A DNA stretch of 40,648 nucleotides, from the NCBI GenBank assembly GCA_039638295.1, contig JBDIWJ010000011.1:1-40648 (forward strand), read 5' to 3'. The notes below the pieces were generated by a model, which made no database searches, was not told the origin of the DNA, and saw nothing but the letters and a program-made list of their open reading frames with translations. Numbering within the stretch: the first letter of the stretch is position 1; each line of letters begins with the position of its first letter. This document shows, in pieces, positions 29,593-38,199 of the stretch. Position numbers and translations under genes: made by a program. This stretch comes from Candidatus Phoenicimicrobium oleiphilum (GTDB lineage: Bacteria > Atribacterota > Phoenicimicrobiia > Phoenicimicrobiales > Phoenicimicrobiaceae).

Positions 29593-30741
29593 TTACTTTA
29601 TCATAGGATTTTCAATTGACTGAGCTAATTTTTCTAAAAATCTTGCAGCATCTGCTCCATCTATTACTCTATGGTCATAGGAAAGAGAGAGATAAGCTAT
29701 TTCCCTTATACTGATTTTATCTTCATCAACTACCACAGGTTTTTTAATTATTCTTCCGATTCCTAAGATTGCTACTTCTGGTGGATTAATAACTGGAGTA
29801 AATATTTCTGTTCTCATCATCCCCAGATTAGTTAGAGTAAAAGTGGAACCTTTAATATCCTCTTCAGTGATTATACTTTTTCTTGCTTTATCTACTAATT
29901 CTTTAATCTGGTCATTTATTATTTTCAAGCTTAATCTATCTGCATTTCTAATTACGGGGACTATTAATCCCTTTTCTGTATCTACAGCAATACCTATATT
30001 AACATTATTAAATATTATATATTCTTTTTTCTCAGAGTCAAAATGAGCATTAAATTTATTTAATTCTTTTAAAACTCGAGATAAGACAAAGACTAAGCCA
30101 GAAGTTATACTTACCTTATTTTCTTTCATAAGTTTTTTAAACTCACTAAAATCAACTTCTGTTGTATTGGTTAAAGTGATAGCAGTATGAAAAGATTTTG
30201 ATAATCTTTCTGAGATGGTTCTTCTTAAACCCGAAAGTTTTACTATTTTAAAATTTTCCTCTTTCGAAGTGAAAGAGAGAAAATCAAGCACATCCCTTTT
30301 TTCTATTCTTCCACCTGGCCCTGTACCTTTAATTTGTGAAAGGTTAAGATTTTTTTCTTGGGCAATTTTTTTTGCCAGAGGGGAGGCTTTTATTCGTCCA
30401 CCTCTTTCAGGAGGAGCAATCTTTGTAGGAGGAATTTCTCCCCTTTCTGTAGTTTCGATTATTCTTTTTATTTCTTCCTTTTCTTTGATTTTTTCAATTT
30501 TCTCTCCTTCTTCTCCTATTATGGCAATTACTGTTCCTACTTTTATTTCTTCCTTTTCTTTTCCAATTATTTTAAGAAGGATACCAGAAACAGGGGAAGT
30601 CACCTCATTAGTAATTTTCTCTGAAGAAACTTCAAGGAGTGGTTCACCTTTTTTAACTTTGTCTCCTTCTTTTTTAAACCATTTTTCGATAAAACCAGAT
30701 TCCATAGTTAAGCCAAATTTAGGCATTTTAATTTCATACAT
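29593..30741 (-). CDS. acoC: Dihydrolipoamide acyltransferase (E2) of acetoin/2-oxoacid dehydrogenase
   Basis: One lipoyl domain (SSEKIT), PSBD (ASPLAKK..GTGPGGRI), catalytic DHRVIDG; aco vs pdh assignment is inferred from context. Confidence 0.8.
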   Translation of the reverse strand: MYEIKMPKFGLTMESGFIEKWFKKEGDKVKKGEPLLEVSSEKITNEVTSPVSGILLKIIGKEKEEIKVGTVIAIIGEEGEKIEKIKEKEEIKRIIETTERGEIPPTKIAPPERGGRIKASPLAKKIAQEKNLNLSQIKGTGPGGRIEKRDVLDFLSFTSKEENFKIVKLSGLRRTISERLSKSFHTAITLTNTTEVDFSEFKKLMKENKVSITSGLVFVLSRVLKELNKFNAHFDSEKKEYIIFNNVNIGIAVDTEKGLIVPVIRNADRLSLKIINDQIKELVDKARKSIITEEDIKGSTFTLTNLGMMRTEIFTPVINPPEVAILGIGRIIKKPVVVDEDKISIREIAYLSLSYDHRVIDGADAARFLEKLAQSIENPMIK

Positions 30742-30750
30742 TATATTTAC

Positions 30751-31722
30751 CTACCTTAAAACTTTCTTTACTGCATCAATTATATCTTTATAGTTAGGGG
30801 TTACGAAATCTTGAAGCTGGGGAGCAAAGGGCATAGGAACATTTTTTGCCCCCACCCGAATAATGGGTGCATCTAAATAATCGAGGGCTTCTTCTTGAAC
30901 TACACTGGTAATTTCTGCCCCCCATCCAGCTCTCTTCCAGGTTTCGTGTGCTACAACCAGGTGATTGGTCTTTTTTACTGATTCAATAACTTTATTTTTA
31001 TCCCAGGGAACCAGGGTTCTTAGGTCAATTACTTCTGCACATATATCTTCTTTTTCAAGTTCTTCCGCTGCTTTTAGGGATTCATGAACCATATGAGACA
31101 TTGTTACTATAGTAACATCATTACCTTCTTTTTTTATATCTGCAACTCCTAAAGGAATAGTATATTCTTCTTCGGGAACAAGACCCTTTATTTTATAAAG
31201 CATTTTATGTTCAAAACAGATAACGGGGTCATCCCCTTTTAAAGCAGTTTTTATAAGTCCTTTTATATCGTAAGGAGTGGAAGGGATGATTACCTTTATT
31301 CCTGGTGTGTGCATAAATATAGTCTCAATAGATTCTGAATGCTGTGCTGCTGCAGAATTAGATATACCATCTGGACCTCTTAAAAGTAGATGAAGTTTTC
31401 CTTGGCCACCAGTCATATATCTGATCTTTTCTATTTGAAGAGTGATGGATTGAATGCCAGTAAACAGAAAATCAGCAAAATGAAATTCAACAATTGGTCT
31501 CATCCCTACCAGGGCAGCTCCCAGTGCAGAACCATAAATAACCTCTTCCGATATAGGGGTGTCGAAAATTCTTTCAGGAAATTTTCCTAAAAGAGATTTA
31601 TAAGCACCAAATATACCCCCTTGTTTAGCTATATCTTCACCATAAGTAAAAATAGTGGGGTCTTTTTCCATTTCTTCCGAGATAGCTTCTCCTAAAGCTT
31701 CAGCGAAAGTTATTTCCCTCAT
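30751..31722 (-). CDS. acoB: TPP-dependent dehydrogenase E1 beta subunit (acetoin/pyruvate type)
   Basis: GEDI, DTPISE, AAQHS, EHKMLY, EVIDLRTL; substrate uncertain. Confidence 0.8.
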   Translation of the reverse strand: MREITFAEALGEAISEEMEKDPTIFTYGEDIAKQGGIFGAYKSLLGKFPERIFDTPISEEVIYGSALGAALVGMRPIVEFHFADFLFTGIQSITLQIEKIRYMTGGQGKLHLLLRGPDGISNSAAAQHSESIETIFMHTPGIKVIIPSTPYDIKGLIKTALKGDDPVICFEHKMLYKIKGLVPEEEYTIPLGVADIKKEGNDVTIVTMSHMVHESLKAAEELEKEDICAEVIDLRTLVPWDKNKVIESVKKTNHLVVAHETWKRAGWGAEITSVVQEEALDYLDAPIIRVGAKNVPMPFAPQLQDFVTPNYKDIIDAVKKVLR

Positions 31723-31734
31723 CTTTACCTCCTT

Positions 31735-32715
31735 TTAATAATCATATCCGGAATCATTGACAAAAAGGTCAGTTAAAGCATCTTCATTATTTGGGACAGG
31801 ACTTTCTTTGGCAAATGTAACTGCCTCTTCAATTTCTTTCTGAGCATCTTCCCATATTTTTCTCTTTTCAGTTTCATTTAGCATTTTCTCTTCTACTAAT
31901 TTTTTTTCGAACTTTCTAATAGGTTCGTTTAACCAAAATTCCTCAACTTCTTTTTTATCTCTATAGAGTTCAGGGTCTCCTACAAAATGTCCTTTAATCC
32001 TATAAGTTTTGGCTTCAATCAGAGAAGGGCCCCCATCTTCTCTGGCTCTCTTTATCATTTCCTTTGCAGTTTCATAAATAGTTATTACATCATTTCCGTC
32101 TATAGTTATTCCTGGTATCCCATATCCAACTGCTCTATCAGAAATATTTTCTATTGAGGTTGTTTCCTTTGTGGTGGCTGTGGAGGCAAATTTATTATTT
32201 TCCACTACAAAAATTACTGGAAGTTTATAAATGGAAGCAAAATTCAAACTTTCGTGAAAAGCCCCAGTGTTTGATGCTCCATCACCAAAAAAAGCTACTA
32301 CAACTTGGTCAGTTTTTTTCATTTTTATTCCTAATCCTGCCCCAACTGCTATTGGAAGGCCACCTCCTACCACCCCATTTGCCCCTAATACTCCGATAGA
32401 AAAATCTGCTATATGCATCGAACCTCCTTTCCCTTTACAATAACCTGTTGTTCTACCATAAAGTTCTGCCATCATTCTGTTAATATTTGCCCCTTTAGCA
32501 ATCATATGCCCATGTCCACGGTGAGTACTGGTGATAAAATCATCTTTTCTAAGGTCAGCTATAACTCCAGTAGCAATTGCTTCTTCCCCAATGTAAAGAT
32601 GAATAAAGCCAGGAAGTTCTCCTTCCAGGAATAATTTTTCTGCCATTATTTCAAAATTTCTTATTCTTACCATTGTTTTATAAAGATTTAATAAAAAATC
32701 TTTTGGATAGGACAT
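31735..32715 (-). CDS. acoA: TPP-dependent dehydrogenase E1 alpha subunit (acetoin/pyruvate type)
   Basis: PGFIHLYIGEEA, STHRGHGH, GKGGSMH, TPP motif GDGA..ENN, GHFVGD; substrate uncertain. Confidence 0.82.
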   Translation of the reverse strand: MSYPKDFLLNLYKTMVRIRNFEIMAEKLFLEGELPGFIHLYIGEEAIATGVIADLRKDDFITSTHRGHGHMIAKGANINRMMAELYGRTTGYCKGKGGSMHIADFSIGVLGANGVVGGGLPIAVGAGLGIKMKKTDQVVVAFFGDGASNTGAFHESLNFASIYKLPVIFVVENNKFASTATTKETTSIENISDRAVGYGIPGITIDGNDVITIYETAKEMIKRAREDGGPSLIEAKTYRIKGHFVGDPELYRDKKEVEEFWLNEPIRKFEKKLVEEKMLNETEKRKIWEDAQKEIEEAVTFAKESPVPNNEDALTDLFVNDSGYDY

Positions 32716-32762
32716 ATAAGATTACCTCCATATTTTTGTTTGACTTTCTATTAAATAAAAGA

Positions 32763-32778
32763 AGCAAATTTTATGCCA
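32763..32778 (-). promoter_or_regulatory. sigma54 (-24/-12) promoter of the E1/E2/TRAP operon
   Basis: Minus strand TGGCATAAAATTTGCT matches TGGCAC-N5-TTGCW; adjacent to a bEBP gene. Confidence 0.88.
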
Positions 32779-32842
32779 AGATTAATTAATTTGAGAAAAG
32801 ATTATTTTATAAGGAATTTAGAAAGAAGGGTATGAATAAAAG

Positions 32843-32893
32843 TGTAAAATTATCAAAACATATTTTACATTTAATATGTAAAATATGTTTACA
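32843..32893. promoter_or_regulatory. Putative upstream activating sequences for the AcoR-like activator
   Basis: Perfect 15-bp inverted repeat AAACATATTTTACAT-N5-ATGTAAAATATGTTT (32856-32890) and TGT-N11/12-ACA boxes ~65-115 bp upstream of the -24 element. Confidence 0.6.
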
Positions 32894-32935
32894 ATAGAAG
32901 ATGTTAAAGGATTTATTTTAAAGCATCGAATTTTT

Positions 32936-34786
32936 TTAAAATTCCAATTTCTTGATATCCCATTTTTTTATATGGTTATAAACCGTGGGTCTTGAGATTC
33001 CCAGGATTTTTGATGTTTTAGAGATATTCCATTTGGTATTCTGAAGAGTTTGTATCAAAGAATCTCTTTTAAATTTATCTATAGATTTATACAAAGAATC
33101 ATTTTTTAATATAATATCAGGTAAATGAAATTGATTTAATTCATTGCCATCACAAATATTTAATGCCCTTTCGATTATATTTTCCAGCTCTCTAACGTTT
33201 CCAGGAAAACTATAGGCGAGTAGGGGGTTGTAGAATGAATCACCTATCTTTACTATATTTTTTTGTAATTTTTGGGAAAGTTTTTCTACGAAATAATGTA
33301 TTAATAGAGGAATGTCTTCATTTCTTTCGCTTAAGGGTGGAATATTGATTTGTATTACATTTAGTCTATGATATAAATCTGCTCTGAAGTTTCCATTATC
33401 TACTTCTTTTGATAAATCTTTATTAGAGGCAGCGATTACTCGAACATCTACTGGGATAGATCTTGCACCGCCGATTCTGGTGACACTTTTTTCTTGAAGG
33501 ACTCTTAATAATTTTACCTGGAGATCTAAAGGGAGCTCACCAATCTCGTCAAGGAAGATGGTTCCTCCATTAGCTAATTCAAACTTTCCAGGTCTTCCTC
33601 TTCTATCTGCGCCAGTAAAACTCCCTGGTTCATATCCAAAGAGTTCACTTTCTGCGAGTTCTCGTGGTATTGCTCCACAGTTTATTACCACAAATGGTCC
33701 TTTTCTTCTTAATCCCTCATAGTGAATTGCTTGAGCAAACATTTCTTTCCCAGTACCGGTTTTTCCTAGAATTAAGACATTGGAATTAGATTTAGAAGCA
33801 ATTTTGGCAATTCTGATTGCTTCTTTCAGTTTTGGGCTGTTTCCTATGATATCCGTAAAACTAAATTTTGCTTGGGCTCCGATATAGGATGTTACAAATT
33901 TCCTAACTCTGTTTATTTCTCTGAAAAAATCGATCACCCCTGCGAATTTTCCCTCTTCATCTCTTACTATTACAGCACTCTTAATAAAATGAAGTGTTCC
34001 CATATGAGGACTATTAATAATAAACTCTCGGTCAGTATATCCTTTATGGGTCTTATAGACAGATAAAATAACCGGGTCAAAATCTACAATATCTCCCACA
34101 AATCTTCCCAATGACTTTTTGGGGTCGACACGTAGAATTTCTCCGGCAGTATCATTCATATACAAAATTTTTGCTTCTTTATCCAGGCATAAGATACCAT
34201 CTTTTATTCCTTCACTTATTATATCCAGGTATTTTTTAGATAATTTTAAATTTTCTGATATTTCTTTCCATTTTACTTCTTTTTCTACTGCTTGAGAAAG
34301 AGAAGAAACAATCCCCAAGGCATAATCTGGATAATCTTCTACTTTTGAGGTAAAAGAAATAAGACCACAAATATTTCCTGTAGAATCATGAATCGGAGAA
34401 GCGGCACAAGCCCACTCTTTTAGTTCTGGAAAAGTATGGTTTTGACCAACAACTTCTATATTCTTGTCGTTTTCAAGGGAAAGACTTACTGCAGTCTTTC
34501 CAAAAAATTCCTCCTTTACTACAGTACCTTCTGTAAAGACTCCCTTTCCTTCCCCCAAACAAATTATCTTTAAAACTACTCCCTCAGAATCTATAAAGGA
34601 GATAAAGAAATCTTTCTTTTTTATTTTAGAAAAAAAATTTTCTATAAGTGAAGTCATCGAGGATAACCATATCTCATTTATTTCTCTTCTTTTATGTAGT
34701 TCTTCAGGGGATATCCTTATAATTTCTAAATTTCTTAAGTTTTTTTGATAATTAATAATTTTATTTTCTTCATTAAATTTTTTCAT
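32936..34786 (-). CDS. acoR: sigma54-dependent transcriptional activator (GAF-PAS-AAA+-HTH, AcoR-like)
   Basis: WACAASPIHD GAF, PAS, GKTGTGKE, ESELFG..GSFTGA, FLDEIGE, FPGNVREL, Fis-type HTH. Confidence 0.85.
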   Translation of the reverse strand: MKKFNEENKIINYQKNLRNLEIIRISPEELHKRREINEIWLSSMTSLIENFFSKIKKKDFFISFIDSEGVVLKIICLGEGKGVFTEGTVVKEEFFGKTAVSLSLENDKNIEVVGQNHTFPELKEWACAASPIHDSTGNICGLISFTSKVEDYPDYALGIVSSLSQAVEKEVKWKEISENLKLSKKYLDIISEGIKDGILCLDKEAKILYMNDTAGEILRVDPKKSLGRFVGDIVDFDPVILSVYKTHKGYTDREFIINSPHMGTLHFIKSAVIVRDEEGKFAGVIDFFREINRVRKFVTSYIGAQAKFSFTDIIGNSPKLKEAIRIAKIASKSNSNVLILGKTGTGKEMFAQAIHYEGLRRKGPFVVINCGAIPRELAESELFGYEPGSFTGADRRGRPGKFELANGGTIFLDEIGELPLDLQVKLLRVLQEKSVTRIGGARSIPVDVRVIAASNKDLSKEVDNGNFRADLYHRLNVIQINIPPLSERNEDIPLLIHYFVEKLSQKLQKNIVKIGDSFYNPLLAYSFPGNVRELENIIERALNICDGNELNQFHLPDIILKNDSLYKSIDKFKRDSLIQTLQNTKWNISKTSKILGISRPTVYNHIKKWDIKKLEF

Positions 34787-35501
34787 ATAATTTATCCAAA
34801 TTGTAAATTTTTATTACACTTTTTTCTTTTATTTTAAGTGATAATAAGAAATTATTCAATATTTTTTCTTTTACCATATCTATATCCAGAGGAGAACAAG
34901 ATGAAAGATTGGTAACTTTATTCCTCTTGCTTTTAACTGGTAATCTTATGTTTTTAGGATAATTTTCTTCCCATTTTATCACTTTTTTTAGTTTATTCAG
35001 GTCAGAGTTTACAAGAAGAGAGGCATGATAAAAAAAATTATTATTCTTAATGGCAACGGCGGATCCTAAAATTTTTCTTCCCTCTAAAAAGATCGAGCTT
35101 CTATCTTTAATTTCAAGATTTTTATGAAAATATTTCAATCCTTCTAAAATTGTTTCGGTTACTCCTTTCGCTTCTTCTAAGATATATTTTGAAAATAGAA
35201 TATTTTCTTTATTTTTACAGAAAGTTATGTTTAAATTTCCTCGGTCATGGTAGACTGTTCCTCCACCAGTAAATCTTCGAAAAATTGGGATATTCTTTTT
35301 CTTAATGTATTCAAGATTTACTTCATATTCTTCTTTCTGAAACTTCCCAATAACTACACAAGGATTATTTTGCCAGAATCTTAAGATAAAACTATCAGCC
35401 TTACATATTTCTAAAATCCTTTTTTCTATTTCGAAATTTATTTCAGGTTCAAAATTGGGGAAATCAATTAGAATTAATCTCATTTTAGAATAATGCTCCA
35501 T
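34773..35501 (-). CDS. lplA: Lipoate-protein ligase A family (catalytic domain only)
   Basis: LRFWQN..VVIG, RRFTGGGTVYHD.GNLN, RKILGSA, HASLL; 242 aa. Confidence 0.85.
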   Translation of the reverse strand: MEHYSKMRLILIDFPNFEPEINFEIEKRILEICKADSFILRFWQNNPCVVIGKFQKEEYEVNLEYIKKKNIPIFRRFTGGGTVYHDRGNLNITFCKNKENILFSKYILEEAKGVTETILEGLKYFHKNLEIKDRSSIFLEGRKILGSAVAIKNNNFFYHASLLVNSDLNKLKKVIKWEENYPKNIRLPVKSKRNKVTNLSSCSPLDIDMVKEKILNNFLLSLKIKEKSVIKIYNLDKLYEKI

Positions 35502-35504
35502 ATA

Positions 35505-35561
35505 ATATAAGGGCGCGATTCATCGTGCCCTTATATTAATATTTTATTTACTTTTTGGGTT
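35505..35561. repeat. REP-like palindrome plus tail shared with the 12.4-kb cluster
   Basis: ATATAAGGGCGCGATTCATCGTGCCCTTATAT (35505-35536), then TTTTATTTACTTTTTGGGTT (cf. 12459-12478). Confidence 0.7.
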
Positions 35562-35576
35562 GTAATAACATTGTTA

Positions 35577-36572
35577 TTATGGGATATCTATATAGTAAAT
35601 ATCTATACGGGAAACTCCGCATTCAATATCTATCTCTGTTTTGAATTCTGATTCGTTGTAATTGTGGGAAATATATGTACCATTTTTCTTAATAAAGTCG
35701 TCAAGGTCTTTTACAGCAATTCCCGAATCGATATTCACTGTTGCTCCCACATTTTTAGGTATAGCGATATCAATATTGGATGCCCCTGTATCTATAACTA
35801 TTTTAGAATTATATTTTGGAATACTCAAATTAATATTGCTTGCTCCACTTTCAATATAGAGATTTTCTACCTTAAATCTTGATAAGTTACAGTCCATATT
35901 AACGGCTCCTGTTTCTATATTTAAATCATATATTGGTTGGTTATTTAATTTTAACTGCCACTTATTTTTAGGATTACGGAAATTTCCTTTAATAGGTGAG
36001 TGATAAATAAGGATATCAGCTTCTTTTCCAACAATAGAGTATTTTTCAAAAGGCTCAAATTCTTTGTAACGGTAATGGGAGATACATTCATAAAGAAGGG
36101 GTGTGGATTCTCCTATATTGATAGTTCCCACATCAAATTTTAATTTAATAGAAGCTTTTTCAATTTCAGAATATTCTTTAACTTCTGAAGATATTTCCAC
36201 TGGTTGTGTTGACTCGGTTTCTGGTAAAACTCCAATTTGTGAGGGTGTTTCCACTTCTGGAATCTTTTCAACTTCCACAGCTATTTCTCGGCTTAGAGTC
36301 TTTACTTCTCTTACTATTTCTCCTTCTAGACCAATTCCCATATAACTTGCTACTACTCCAATAATAATTCCTAAGAATATAATTAAGGGACCCAGAAAAG
36401 AAAGACTCCTTCCTCTAAAGATTAAAGATACCCCCCAGCTTACTAAAAGTAGTGGCCAGAGTTTAATTATATTTGACCAAACAGACCATTCTAATATATC
36501 TAAAGTATTTGCCAAAAGGATAATTCCTATAAGTAATAAAGTGAAACCACCAATTATTCTATTTGCTTTCAT
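35577..36572 (-). CDS. Membrane protein, LiaF/DUF5668-like TM region with C-terminal beta-solenoid-like domain
   Basis: GFTLLLIGIILLANT..LWPLLLV N-terminus, E/P-rich linker, repeated xxTGASNIxI strands. Confidence 0.7.
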   Translation of the reverse strand: MKANRIIGGFTLLLIGIILLANTLDILEWSVWSNIIKLWPLLLVSWGVSLIFRGRSLSFLGPLIIFLGIIIGVVASYMGIGLEGEIVREVKTLSREIAVEVEKIPEVETPSQIGVLPETESTQPVEISSEVKEYSEIEKASIKLKFDVGTINIGESTPLLYECISHYRYKEFEPFEKYSIVGKEADILIYHSPIKGNFRNPKNKWQLKLNNQPIYDLNIETGAVNMDCNLSRFKVENLYIESGASNINLSIPKYNSKIVIDTGASNIDIAIPKNVGATVNIDSGIAVKDLDDFIKKNGTYISHNYNESEFKTEIDIECGVSRIDIYYIDIP

Positions 36573-36592
36573 TTTTTACCACCTCGATTTTG

Positions 36593-36850
36593 TTAGTCGT
36601 TAGTGAATAGCAATTCGTATCGCGTATTGCGTATCGAGTATCGCGTGAAGAAAATCAGTTTTCAGTTAATAGTTGCAAGATGCAAGATAGAGAACTGTAA
36701 AGGCTTTTTCAAACTTGAAGCTTATAACTTGCAACCCAAAACCTATTAACTGGCAAACTGGCAAACTGGTTAACCGGGTAACTGGATAACTGATATCCTA
36801 CCCTCTTTTCGCTATTATGCGATATACGATTCACGAGATACGAGATACTA
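36593..36850. repeat. Nested inverted repeat mosaic between TPR gene and DUF5668 gene
   Basis: GTATCGAGTATCGCGTGAA (36631-36649) is inverted to TTCACGAGATACGAGATAC (36830-36848); inner CAGTTAATAG/CTATTAACTG and GTTGCAAG/CTTGCAAC pairs; AACTGGCA octamers. Confidence 0.8.
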
Positions 36851-36852
36851 TT

Positions 36853-37965
36853 TTATTCTTTTTTAGTAAGATTAGACCAGGCATTGGCAATCAGAAGATC
36901 TATTAATCTTTGTTGGTCAGATAGATATTCAGGATTAAGACTTAAGGCAATTTCTCCTTCTCTTACTGCATTTTCATAATCTTGACTACGATAATAAGTT
37001 AATCCTAATTTATAATGTGCTTCCGAAAGAATATAATTTGAATCCGCTAACTGAAGAGCCAGTTCATAGTTTTTGTGAGCTTTGGGTAAATCTCCGGCAT
37101 TATAATGCATATCTCCCATTTCGATGAAGGCCTGGGCAAAATTATCAAAGGTGAAATCTTCTATATACAAGGGATAAGTTTTTTGGGATAAAGTTTTTTC
37201 CTTTATTGCCTGTTCATACTCTTCCCCTTTTAATTCAATCAATCCTAACTGATAATATGCTAAAGCTATGGATCGTTTATCTTCACTAAATTGGGTGGCT
37301 TTCTTATAGGCAGAAACAGCTTTCTCAATTTCTCCTATATTGCTATAGTAATTACCTAAATTTAAGTAACAGGCTGCATCGGTTTTAAAAGCCAGAAAAT
37401 TTTCTAAGATATGAGGCGCGGATTTAAGTTTACCCAATTTGATATAGGTTTCTGTAGCTTCAATAAATTGCTCATTATCCTGGTAAAGTTGGGCTAATTC
37501 GGAAATAAGCTTATCATTTTGAGGAATGAGTTCAACCACTTTTTCGTATTCGGTTATGGCTAAGTCATATTCAAGTGCTTCCTGGTATATTCTACCTTTT
37601 ATATAATAGGCAAAGGCATTGTTGGGGTCTTCAGTAATAATTTGGGATAATTTGGCAAGAGCCGATTCTTTTTCCCCCATTTTATACAAGGCATAACTTT
37701 GGTTTATTCTCGCTAAAATATTTGTCTCATCTAAATCCAAAGCTTTTTGGTATTCTTTTTCGGCGGGTTCATATAATTTTAATGAACAATAAAAGTTTCC
37801 CAGATTAATATAAGTGAAGATATCAGGTTTCATGGTTTTTCTTTCTATAATTTCTTGTAATAATTTTTCTGTCTCGTCACTGGCAAAAATAGTAGTACTA
37901 ATAAAGGCTAATAAAATTATTAAAAAAAATACCCAATTTAATATTCTTAAGTTTTTTTTATCCAT
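36853..37965 (-). CDS. Tetratricopeptide repeat protein with N-terminal signal/TM segment
   Basis: Multiple TPRs (YINLGNFY..A..EYQKAL; HYKLGLTYY); ATG 37965 after GAGAGG; the ORF-track start 38022 derives from a REP. Confidence 0.85.
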   Translation of the reverse strand: MDKKNLRILNWVFFLIILLAFISTTIFASDETEKLLQEIIERKTMKPDIFTYINLGNFYCSLKLYEPAEKEYQKALDLDETNILARINQSYALYKMGEKESALAKLSQIITEDPNNAFAYYIKGRIYQEALEYDLAITEYEKVVELIPQNDKLISELAQLYQDNEQFIEATETYIKLGKLKSAPHILENFLAFKTDAACYLNLGNYYSNIGEIEKAVSAYKKATQFSEDKRSIALAYYQLGLIELKGEEYEQAIKEKTLSQKTYPLYIEDFTFDNFAQAFIEMGDMHYNAGDLPKAHKNYELALQLADSNYILSEAHYKLGLTYYRSQDYENAVREGEIALSLNPEYLSDQQRLIDLLIANAWSNLTKKE

Positions 37966-38016
37966 ATTTACCATCCTCTCTTTTTGGTATCTTGCAACTT
38001 TTCTAAAAATTTCTTT

Positions 38017-38109
38017 TGTCATTCCCGCGAAAGCGGGAATCTATTTTTTATTTTTACTTTCGGATTTCCATTATCTGTTTTCGCAGGTACAGTCTCGTGG
38101 GAAAGACAG
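38017..38109. repeat. GTCATTCCCGCGAAAGCGGGAATC palindrome with degenerate, interrupted inverted partner
   Basis: 38017-38041 identical to 17405-17429; GGATTTCC...TCTCGTGGGAAAGACA at ~38062-38107. Confidence 0.75.
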
Positions 38110-38199
38110 AGAAATTTTTGGCTACAACCATATTATATATATTCAACATTATTCTAAAAAATCCTCTTTTTTAATTAAATATTTTTTAATTTATTTTTA

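Noticed and set aside
36180..36290. Faint 18-nt periodicity in the DUF5668 gene linker
   Set aside because: Degenerate E/P-rich linker coding; ordinary for such proteins
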